From Candidatus Lustribacter sp. (GTDB lineage Bacteria > Vulcanimicrobiota > Vulcanimicrobiia > Vulcanimicrobiales > Vulcanimicrobiaceae), in NCBI GenBank assembly GCA_965277805.1, contig OZ255842.1, forward strand, positions 960,001-1,024,000: a stretch of 64,000 nucleotides of DNA, in the 5' to 3' direction. Below, piece by piece: positions 8,558 through 16,838 of this stretch. A program made the position numbers and the translations under genes. Every line of letters begins with the position of its first letter. Position 1 is the stretch's first letter. Under the pieces are notes generated by a model. The model was not told where the DNA came from and searched no databases. It saw nothing but the letters and a program-made list of their open reading frames with translations.

Positions 8558-11500
8558 AACTCCGCCGCGTTTTCACGGCCTTACTCGTGCTCGTCCTTTT
8601 CGGCTCGATGCTGCAACGGCCGCTACCCGCGCTCGCCGCACCGCCGTTGCTCGACGTGATCACGCTCGATCCGCTCGCTGCGGGCTCGAGCGGGCAAACG
8701 GGCACAGTTCCGTTTGATGCGACCTCGTTCAACCCGGGCGGTGGAACAAATCCGGGCACCGATAGTTCGGCGACCGATCACATCGTGCGCACCAACGACA
8801 CGATCGCTTACGATTTTCAGTACAGCGTCAACAGCGCGCCCGGACTCAACATCACGCTGACCAGCGTCCTTGGCCAGTACCTCGGCGCCGACGTCGCTGA
8901 CTGGACGACCATCCCGGCCGGATGCGGCGCCGGTTCATCGATCAGCGGCGACGGGCAAACGCTCGTGTGCGACATCGGGGCCGTTGCACAGGGCAGCGCG
9001 CAAGACGTGATCGCTTCGGCGAAGATCCGCGTCACCGCACCCAACGGCGCGACGATCGCGCCGAGCATCACGGTCGATGACCCGGGCAACGTTGGCACGG
9101 TTCCCGTGACCAACGCCGGCTATTGGATCAACCAGTCGACGCCGTCGACGACGACGATGGACACGATCACGTCGGTCGGCAAGTACAATGCGATGAAGCA
9201 GTCAGCGGTCGCGAAGCCCGTCATCGAGCCGTACACCTACTTCGGTGACGGCGGCGTGCAAGGGTACTACATCGATTTCCCGGTCCTCGTTCGCGAGGGC
9301 GACGGTACGGCCGGCGGCAAGTACGGCATCGCGCCGGCGGGCTCGCCGATCACGATCACCGATACCCTCTCGCCCGGCCTCAACTCGACCCTTGCCCTGA
9401 GCAATGCGTGCGGCATCAACGGCAGCGGGATCACGATCCAGAACGAGCCCTACGGCGCGATCGGCGTCACCGGAAGCGCCACCTCCGCCAACAGCGTCGT
9501 GAATTCTGGAACGATCACGTGCACGCAGGCCGGCGGTGCCGGAACCCCCGTGACGATTACGATCACCGGTGCCAACACCAGCGGCTCATCGTTCCCGGTG
9601 AACAAGGCCGGCAGCGCGGGCATCGACAACCTCACCTACGTCGTCGCGGGCTACCTGCGCCTCTGGGTTCCCGACACGACCGGAAACCTCGGCGCGACCG
9701 GCAACGTGCAAGGTTTCTCCGACACGTATACGGGCATCGACCCGGGCGAACCGGACGAGCTTCCGGCCAATCTCACCGCAACGACGAACCTGACGGCCGA
9801 AGGCCCGGCGGGCGCGAGCGGTAACGGCGGCAAGGCATTCTTCCAAACGACGAGCGAGAACGGGTTCCCGTTCAACAACTCCAACGGACCGGCGCTGACC
9901 GCGGGCAGCCCGCTCGTCTCGGTGTTCGAATTCAACAACACCTCGAGCGCGTCGACGGGCTCGGTGACGATCAATAGTCTCACCGCGTGCGACACGATCG
10001 ACACGGCCCACATCTTGGTCACGCCGTTCAGCGGAGCGGCCGGATTTGCGACCGACTCGCTGTGGGGCGGCGCGGTTCACCTTTCGAACCTGAACGGGGG
10101 ATCGTTCACCGATGGTTCGCCGCCGGCCGGGTTCACCGTTTCTTACGGCGATTCGAGCACCGCGGCCGATTGCACGACCGGAACGTTCAAGGCGTCGGCA
10201 AGCGATGCATCGTTCACCGCGCTCAACCCGATCGCGCGCGTGAAGTTCACGATGACGTCGCTCGCTCCCGGGCAAGAGTTGCGCGTGCAGCTGTCTCAGA
10301 CCGTCAACTCGGGTCTGGCTGCCGGTACGATCGTACACAATACCGTAACGGCAACCGGGACGGCGAGCACCGGCGGGCCGGCGTTCTCGCGCACGGCGTC
10401 GACCACCGGTCAGATCTTCACGACGAACCTCGGCATCACGAAGTACCTCTTCAAAAACGTTGCGGGCGCCGGGGTGTTCAATGCGAACGGCACGCAACCA
10501 CCGGGCGCGAGCGGCCGTTCGTCGGGCACCGCCGGTCTGGTGGATACCAATCAGGAGATCGTCGCGGCGCTCGACGATGACGGATCGCAAGGCACGCTGC
10601 CGTCGAGCAACGTCGTAACGTGCGACATCGTGCCGCCGAACATGTCGATCAAAGACTTCGATCTGGTCACGAACACGACGCCGGTAACGGGACCGGTCAC
10701 GTTCCTGACGGTCAGCGGAACCGCGCCGTCGTCGGAACTCGTGGAATATTCCACGGTGCCGACCTTCGGCGGCGACTCGTGTACCGATGCGGGCGGCGGC
10801 TGGACGTCGACGGAGCCTTCACCGCGCAGCGCGATCACCCGCGTTCGCGTGACCTACACGTTGCCGGCCGAAACGCGCGAACGTATCTTCGTGAACTTCC
10901 AAGTCGCATCGTCCGCGGCTCCGAACACGCTGATCACCAACAATACCGTCACGACCGTCGGCGGCGTGAACCTGCAAACTGCAACGCAGAGCGTAACGGT
11001 TGAACCCGAAACGGTCTCAGTAACGAAGACCGGCCCGAGCGGCTCGGTGACGGCGGGTACGCCCGCATCGTTCACGATCCAAGGATACGTGCAGGGCCCG
11101 GGATCGCCGCAATCGGGTACGGTGACGGTCGTCGATACGCTGCCCGTCGGCCTCACCTACGTGCCGAGCTCGACCGTGCTCACGAACCCGCCCGCGCCGA
11201 CCACCTGGCAGAGCGGCAGCGATAATGCCACGCCGGTGATCACGATGAGCGGACCGAATCAAGTCTTGACCTGGACGCTCGGCACCGCGACCGCCAATCC
11301 GGGCGTGTTCATCCAATTGCCGACGATCACGTTCTCGACCAATACCGACATTTCACTGAGCGGCGGAACGCTGATGAACTCGGCCACGATCGTCGATACG
11401 GCTGACGGCAATCCCGGCGGGCCTAATCACACGGCCACCGCGTCGGTGCTGGTCTCCAATCCGGGCGCGTTCCATATTTCGAAGACGACGACGACGCCGC

Positions 11501-12426
11501 AAATCAACACCGGCGGCACGATCACGTGGCAGTTGAACTACGCCAACACGGGAACGACCGCGGCGACATCGACCGACTTCATCGACATCCTGCCCTACTC
11601 GGGCGACACGCGCGGCAGCAGCTTCCACGGAACGATCACGCTCGTGTCGGCAGCGGGCACCAACGGCGAAACGCTGCAGTACACGAAGCAGCCGCCAGCG
11701 CAAATCAACGAGGATCCGGGCTGCACGTCCAACGGCGGCGTCGTGACGCCGCCGACCGGTGGCTGTCAGAGCTTCAGCGCCGCGACCTGGTGCCCGGCGC
11801 TGAGCGGCGGCGCGTGTCCGTCAACGCTCGCGCAAGTGACGGCGATTCGGATCGGCGGCGGCGCGTTGCCGGGACCGTCCGGAACGCGCACGATCACCGT
11901 GCAGGCGAGCACGAGCGGTAACGTCTTTACCGATGTGTACTGGAACACGTTCGGCGCCCGAACGAGCATCTTGACCCTCGGCGTGCATTCGCCGCCGGTC
12001 GAGACGATCGTGCCGACGCCGCCGACGGCATTCCTCACGCTCGTGAAGTCGTGCCTCGCGCCGCCGACCTGCATCACCGCATCCCAAGCGCCGGGAACCG
12101 ACATTACCTACGGCATCTCCGCGACCAACACCGGCGGCCACGCATCGGCGCAAGTGGTGATCACCGATCCGATGCCGCCGAACATGGACTTCAAACTCGG
12201 CACGGCGTCGGCCACGTTCCCGGGCGGCGTGACGATCGTGATCTCCTATAGTTCCGATCCGGCATTGTCCACGTTCACGTACGCGCCGGTCAGCGGCGGC
12301 GGCGGCGCGGCGACGGGATACGATCGCAACGTCACCGGCGTGCGCTGGACGATGACGGCCGGGCAACTTGCTGCCGTCGGCGTGAACGATTCCGGCAGCG
12401 TCCAATTCACGGCGGCAATTCGATGA
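8554..12426 (+). CDS. Large Cys-rich multi-DUF11 surface protein, candidate tip adhesin
   Basis: GTG at 8554 overlaps the upstream stop; signal peptide; tandem VTK/ISK...D(T/I)LP...N-x-A domains; paired cysteines; ends SVQFTAAIR. Confidence 0.75.
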   Translation: MKLRRVFTALLVLVLFGSMLQRPLPALAAPPLLDVITLDPLAAGSSGQTGTVPFDATSFNPGGGTNPGTDSSATDHIVRTNDTIAYDFQYSVNSAPGLNITLTSVLGQYLGADVADWTTIPAGCGAGSSISGDGQTLVCDIGAVAQGSAQDVIASAKIRVTAPNGATIAPSITVDDPGNVGTVPVTNAGYWINQSTPSTTTMDTITSVGKYNAMKQSAVAKPVIEPYTYFGDGGVQGYYIDFPVLVREGDGTAGGKYGIAPAGSPITITDTLSPGLNSTLALSNACGINGSGITIQNEPYGAIGVTGSATSANSVVNSGTITCTQAGGAGTPVTITITGANTSGSSFPVNKAGSAGIDNLTYVVAGYLRLWVPDTTGNLGATGNVQGFSDTYTGIDPGEPDELPANLTATTNLTAEGPAGASGNGGKAFFQTTSENGFPFNNSNGPALTAGSPLVSVFEFNNTSSASTGSVTINSLTACDTIDTAHILVTPFSGAAGFATDSLWGGAVHLSNLNGGSFTDGSPPAGFTVSYGDSSTAADCTTGTFKASASDASFTALNPIARVKFTMTSLAPGQELRVQLSQTVNSGLAAGTIVHNTVTATGTASTGGPAFSRTASTTGQIFTTNLGITKYLFKNVAGAGVFNANGTQPPGASGRSSGTAGLVDTNQEIVAALDDDGSQGTLPSSNVVTCDIVPPNMSIKDFDLVTNTTPVTGPVTFLTVSGTAPSSELVEYSTVPTFGGDSCTDAGGGWTSTEPSPRSAITRVRVTYTLPAETRERIFVNFQVASSAAPNTLITNNTVTTVGGVNLQTATQSVTVEPETVSVTKTGPSGSVTAGTPASFTIQGYVQGPGSPQSGTVTVVDTLPVGLTYVPSSTVLTNPPAPTTWQSGSDNATPVITMSGPNQVLTWTLGTATANPGVFIQLPTITFSTNTDISLSGGTLMNSATIVDTADGNPGGPNHTATASVLVSNPGAFHISKTTTTPQINTGGTITWQLNYANTGTTAATSTDFIDILPYSGDTRGSSFHGTITLVSAAGTNGETLQYTKQPPAQINEDPGCTSNGGVVTPPTGGCQSFSAATWCPALSGGACPSTLAQVTAIRIGGGALPGPSGTRTITVQASTSGNVFTDVYWNTFGARTSILTLGVHSPPVETIVPTPPTAFLTLVKSCLAPPTCITASQAPGTDITYGISATNTGGHASAQVVITDPMPPNMDFKLGTASATFPGGVTIVISYSSDPALSTFTYAPVSGGGGAATGYDRNVTGVRWTMTAGQLAAVGVNDSGSVQFTAAIR

Positions 12427-13478
12427 ATCGCATACAACGGGTCTTGATCGTTCTCGGCGCAAGCGCCGCGCTCGCAGCGTGCGGCGGCGGCGGTAACACG
12501 TCGTCGTTCGGCGGCACGACGTTCACCGTCTCCGGATCGGGCGGCCCGGCCCCGGCGCCGACCGCGACGCCGATTCCCGGACCGGTCACGGTGACCGGAA
12601 CGATAACGCAAATTACGAACACCAGCTTTGGCCCCACCGCACCCCAGTTGCCGCTCGGCGGTGCGGTGGTCGTCATCGGTCCGGCGCTCGTGCCCGGTGC
12701 AACGCCGCCGCCGGTTCCGCCGGCCGGCGACGTGCAGGTAACGACGTCGGCGAACGGCACGTACAGCGCGACGCTGGCGTCCGGTCCCGCACCCTCGTTG
12801 TCCGCGCAAGCCTCGTACGATTTTCCCTTGAACAATCTCGCGGGCGTGACGCCGCCGGCAAGCGGTTATTACATCAGCGTGTTCGCAGCGGGCAGCGACG
12901 GCAAAACTGCCGGCGCGCCGCTGCCGGTGCACGCATTTTCGGGACTCGGTGCCGGCAACGTTCTCGCGACGCAACGCGTGACGACGGCGACGCCCGATGA
13001 AGCGAACTTCCTCGCGCTCGTCAACACCGATCGCACGACGGCGAACCCGCTCGCGCTGCCGATGATCTTCGATGAGTACGCGGAGGAAGCAGCGCGCCTG
13101 CACGCCACCGACGAAGCGACGAACAACTACTACTGCCACTACGATACGCAGAACCGCGGCCCCGGTTCGCGCTATCTTGCGCTGCTGGCCCTCGGGCAAG
13201 ACAACGAGAACATCGGCAAGACCTCCGGCACCGATGCGGTTGGTTCGTACACCGTCACCGAAGCCGCGTTCATGGCGGAATCTTCGACGAACGGCGGCCA
13301 CTACACGAACATCATCGATTCGACGCACGCTTGGGCCGGTGTCTCGACGGTCGTGGCCGGCCCCTCCGCGCAGTACGTCGACCAGGAATTCGTGTCGCCG
13401 CACGGCACCGACCCCTACGTCTACCCGAATTTCACCGGCTCCGCGTGCCCGCCCGGCGTGGTCCCGAACAACTCGTAG
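12423..13478 (+). CDS. Lipoprotein with C-terminal CAP/SCP-like domain
   Basis: Lipobox LAACGGG; LVNTDR...AARLHA...HYD...ENIG...GHYTNII CAP signature. Confidence 0.75.
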   Translation: MNRIQRVLIVLGASAALAACGGGGNTSSFGGTTFTVSGSGGPAPAPTATPIPGPVTVTGTITQITNTSFGPTAPQLPLGGAVVVIGPALVPGATPPPVPPAGDVQVTTSANGTYSATLASGPAPSLSAQASYDFPLNNLAGVTPPASGYYISVFAAGSDGKTAGAPLPVHAFSGLGAGNVLATQRVTTATPDEANFLALVNTDRTTANPLALPMIFDEYAEEAARLHATDEATNNYYCHYDTQNRGPGSRYLALLALGQDNENIGKTSGTDAVGSYTVTEAAFMAESSTNGGHYTNIIDSTHAWAGVSTVVAGPSAQYVDQEFVSPHGTDPYVYPNFTGSACPPGVVPNNS

Positions 13479-13528
13479 ATTCCCCCGTACGGGGACGGTG
13501 ACGGCCCTTTATCGAAATAGCTGGGGTT

Positions 13529-13825
13529 ATGGCCACGGAACGGATCGATGTGCGCGGGGTCGCGCGTTTGGCGCGGCTCGCGCTCAGTGACGAAGAGATC
13601 GAGCGCTACGGCGCGCAGCTCGAGGACCTGCTCAAGCACGTCGACGACCTCAAGCAACTGGACACCTCCGACGTCGCGGCGACCGCGCAGGTTATCGAGT
13701 CGCGCAACGTCATGCGTCCCGATGTCCTCGCGCCGTGCCTCGATCACGATGCCGTGATGGCCGGCGCGCCGCAGCCGCAGCACGGCTTTTTTCGCGTCCC
13801 GAAGATCATCGCCGAGGCCGGTTGA
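13529..13825 (+). CDS. gatC: Asp/Glu-tRNA amidotransferase subunit C
   Basis: VARLARL...FRVPKII; directly upstream of gatA. Confidence 0.95.
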   Translation: MATERIDVRGVARLARLALSDEEIERYGAQLEDLLKHVDDLKQLDTSDVAATAQVIESRNVMRPDVLAPCLDHDAVMAGAPQPQHGFFRVPKIIAEAG

Positions 13826-15318
13826 TGGATCCGGTTCGCGCTTCCGCCCGCGAGATCGCGCGCGCGGTCAATGCCCGTGAAATTTCGGCGGCCGAAATCG
13901 CCGAGACGATGATCCCGCACGTCGCCTCCGTCGACGAGCATCTCGGCGCGTACCTGACGCTCACGCCCGAGCTGATGCGCGAAAGCGCACGCAAGGTCGA
14001 CGCGCGCATCGCGGCTGGCGAATCGCTGCCGCTGGCCGGGGTGCCCGCCGCGATCAAAGACAACATGTGCCTGCTCGGCACGCGCACCACGTGCGCCTCG
14101 AAAATTCTCGAGCAGTGGATCGCGCCGTACACCGGCACGGCCGTTGCGCGTCTGCTCGACGCGGGTGCCTTGCCGATCGGTAAGACGAACATGGATGAGT
14201 TCGCGATGGGCAGCTCGGGTGAAAACTCGGCGCTCGGCACGACGAAAAACCCGTACGACTTCGACCGCGTTCCCGGCGGCTCGTCGGCCGGCAGTGCGGC
14301 AGCCGTGGGCGGCTACGTGGCGACGATTTCCACCGGCAGCGATACCGGCGGTTCGATTCGCGAACCGGCGGCGTTCTGCAACGTCGTCGGGTTCAAGCCG
14401 ACCTACGGGCGCGTTTCGCGCTACGGATTGATCGCGTTTGCCTCGAGCCTGGATCAGATCGGGCCGTTCGCGCGCACCGTGGAAGATGCGGCGCTGACGT
14501 ACGACGCAATGGGCGGTCACGACGCGATGGACGCGACCAGCGTCGACATGCCGTTCGAGACGACCGCCGGCCACCTGCGCGAAGATCTGCGCGGCGTGCG
14601 CGTCGGCATCGTCAAGGAATTCGCCACCTCCGATCTCGCACCGGACGTTGCCGCAGCGTACGAAGCGGCCTATGCCGATCTCGCAAAGCTCGGCGCCGAA
14701 CTGGTCGAGGTCGAGTTGCCGACGGCCAAGTACGGCCTCTCGACGTACTATCTCATCGCGCCGGCCGAATGCTCGTCGAACCTCGCGCGCTTCGACGGCG
14801 TGCGCTACGGCCTGCGCGTCGACGGCGCCGACGTCGGCGAGATGTATGAGAAGACGCGCGCCGCGGGCTTCGGCCCCGAGGTGAAGCGCCGGATCCTCAT
14901 CGGCACCTATGCGCTTTCGAGCGGCTACTACGACGCGTACTACGTCAAGGCGCAGAAAGCACGCACGCGCATCGCCGACGATTTTCGGCGCGCGTTCGCA
15001 AAGTGCGACGTCATCGCATCGCCCGCTGCGTCCTCACCCGCGTTCACCTTCAACGCCAAGAGCGATCCCTACAGCATGTACCTGATGGACTATTACACGA
15101 TCCCCGTCTCACTCGCCGGCCTGCCGTCGCTCTCGATCCCATGTGGCTCCGCACTGCCCGAAGGCGGCTCGCGCCCGATGCCGCTCGGCCTGCAACTCGC
15201 GAGCCCGCTCTTCACCGAACGCGCCCTCCTCGGCTACGCCCACGCCTACGAACGCGCGACGCAACACGCGACGAAGTTGACCGTATGTCATCCCGAGCTT
15301 GTCGAGGGATCGCGATAA
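13825..15318 (+). CDS. gatA: Asp/Glu-tRNA amidotransferase subunit A
   Basis: Amidase signature IKDN, GKTNMDEFAMGSS, GGSSAGS, GSDTGGSIR, SNLARFDGVRYG; ATG at 13825 overlaps the gatC stop. Confidence 0.96.
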   Translation: MDPVRASAREIARAVNAREISAAEIAETMIPHVASVDEHLGAYLTLTPELMRESARKVDARIAAGESLPLAGVPAAIKDNMCLLGTRTTCASKILEQWIAPYTGTAVARLLDAGALPIGKTNMDEFAMGSSGENSALGTTKNPYDFDRVPGGSSAGSAAAVGGYVATISTGSDTGGSIREPAAFCNVVGFKPTYGRVSRYGLIAFASSLDQIGPFARTVEDAALTYDAMGGHDAMDATSVDMPFETTAGHLREDLRGVRVGIVKEFATSDLAPDVAAAYEAAYADLAKLGAELVEVELPTAKYGLSTYYLIAPAECSSNLARFDGVRYGLRVDGADVGEMYEKTRAAGFGPEVKRRILIGTYALSSGYYDAYYVKAQKARTRIADDFRRAFAKCDVIASPAASSPAFTFNAKSDPYSMYLMDYYTIPVSLAGLPSLSIPCGSALPEGGSRPMPLGLQLASPLFTERALLGYAHAYERATQHATKLTVCHPELVEGSR

Positions 15319-15360
15319 TGGCGACGACTGAGGCGGCCCTTCGACAAGCTCAGGGTGACA
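15286..15360. repeat. Inverted pair of REP-like palindromes (REPIN-like doublet) spanning the gatA/gatB junction
   Basis: TGTCATCCCGAGCTTGTCGAGGGA (15286-15309) and CCCTTCGACAAGCTCAGGGTGACA (15337-15360). Confidence 0.85.
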
Positions 15361-16838
15361 CGGGGCGCGCGGCACTTCGGGAAAAATACGAAGCGGTTAT
15401 TGGGATCGAGTGTCACGTTGAACTGAAGACCGTCAGCAAGATGTTCTGCGGCTGCGCGAACGAGTTCGGCGGGGAACCGAATACCAAAGTGTGTCCGGTG
15501 TGTTTGGCGCTGCCCGGTGCGTTGCCGGTGCCCAATGCGAAGGCGATCGAGCTGATGATCGCGGCGGGGCTCGCGTTCGACGCGGAGATTCCGGCGTTTT
15601 CGAAGTTCGACCGGAAGAACTACTTCTATCCGGACATGCCCAAGAACTATCAGATCTCGCAGTTCGACATGCCGCTCACGCAGGGCGGCGTGGTGCACTA
15701 TTGGCTGCCGGACGGCACGAAGAAGTCATGCCGCCTCACGCGCATCCATCTCGAAGAAGATACCGGTAAGTCGACGCACGCGGGTTCGGGTGACGGCCGC
15801 ATCGCCGGCTCGTCGTACTCGCTGGTCGACTTCAACCGCGCCGGCGTGCCGTTGATGGAGTGCGTCGGCGAACCGGACATCCGTTCGGCCGAAGAAGCCG
15901 TCGGCTATCTCGAGGCGCTCAAACGCACCTTCGTCGAGCTCGGCGTCTCCGACGTCAAGATGGAAGAAGGATCGCTGCGCTGCGATGCCAACGTGTCGGT
16001 CCGCTTGCGCGGCGCGGCCGAATACGGCACGAAGGCCGAGATCAAGAACATGAACTCGTTTCGCAGCGTGCACGATGCGATCGAGAGCGAGATCGACCGT
16101 CAGATCTCGGTGATCGAGGGCGGCGGCCGCGTGATCCAGGAGACGCGCGGCTGGGACGAAGCGGCCGGCGTGACGCATTCGATGCGCTCCAAAGAACAAG
16201 CGCACGACTACCGCTACTTCCCCGAGCCCGATCTCGTGCCGTTGGAAATCGACCGCAGCGTGATCGAGCGCATCCGCGCGTCGATGCCGCCGGTGCCGTT
16301 CGAACGCTTCGAGCGCTATACCGAAAAATTCGGGATATCGGTGAAGCAGACGACGCAGCTGGTCGACAACCCGCCGCTGGCGGCGTATTTCGATAAGGTC
16401 GTGGCGGTGACCAACGCACCCGCGGCAACCCTGAACTTCGTGTTAGGCGATCTTTCGCGCATGGCCAACGAAAGCGGCACGCCGGTCTCGCAGGGGAACG
16501 TGACGCCCGAAGCGCTGGCCGAGCTGATCGCGCTCACCGAAGCGAAGACGATCAACTCCAAGATCGCGAAGGACGTGCTCGCGCGGCTCTGGGCCGACGG
16601 CGGTTCGGCGAAGGCAATCGTGGAGGCCGAGGGCCTGGCGCAAGTGTCCGATCCCGGTGCGATTGCGCAGTTCGTCGACGACGTGCTCGCCGCGAACGCC
16701 GAGAGCGTGACGCAATTCAAAGCGGGCAAGGAGAACGTGCTGAAGTTTCTCGTGGGTCAGGTGATGAAGACGAGCCGCGGTAAAGCCAATCCCGAACTCG
16801 TCGAGACGCTCTTGCGGGAGAAGATCGCGGCGCGCTGA
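15318..16838 (+). CDS. gatB: Asp/Glu-tRNA amidotransferase subunit B
   Basis: YEAVIGIECHVEL, FDRKNYFYPDMPKNYQISQ, RIHLEEDTGK, DYRYFPEPDL; ATG at 15318 overlaps the gatA stop. Confidence 0.96.
   Translation: MATTEAALRQAQGDTGRAALREKYEAVIGIECHVELKTVSKMFCGCANEFGGEPNTKVCPVCLALPGALPVPNAKAIELMIAAGLAFDAEIPAFSKFDRKNYFYPDMPKNYQISQFDMPLTQGGVVHYWLPDGTKKSCRLTRIHLEEDTGKSTHAGSGDGRIAGSSYSLVDFNRAGVPLMECVGEPDIRSAEEAVGYLEALKRTFVELGVSDVKMEEGSLRCDANVSVRLRGAAEYGTKAEIKNMNSFRSVHDAIESEIDRQISVIEGGGRVIQETRGWDEAAGVTHSMRSKEQAHDYRYFPEPDLVPLEIDRSVIERIRASMPPVPFERFERYTEKFGISVKQTTQLVDNPPLAAYFDKVVAVTNAPAATLNFVLGDLSRMANESGTPVSQGNVTPEALAELIALTEAKTINSKIAKDVLARLWADGGSAKAIVEAEGLAQVSDPGAIAQFVDDVLAANAESVTQFKAGKENVLKFLVGQVMKTSRGKANPELVETLLREKIAAR

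Noticed and set aside
13483-13494. CCCCGTACGGGG palindrome as terminator after the DUF11 operon
   Set aside because: Short stem with no adjacent U tract; insufficient support
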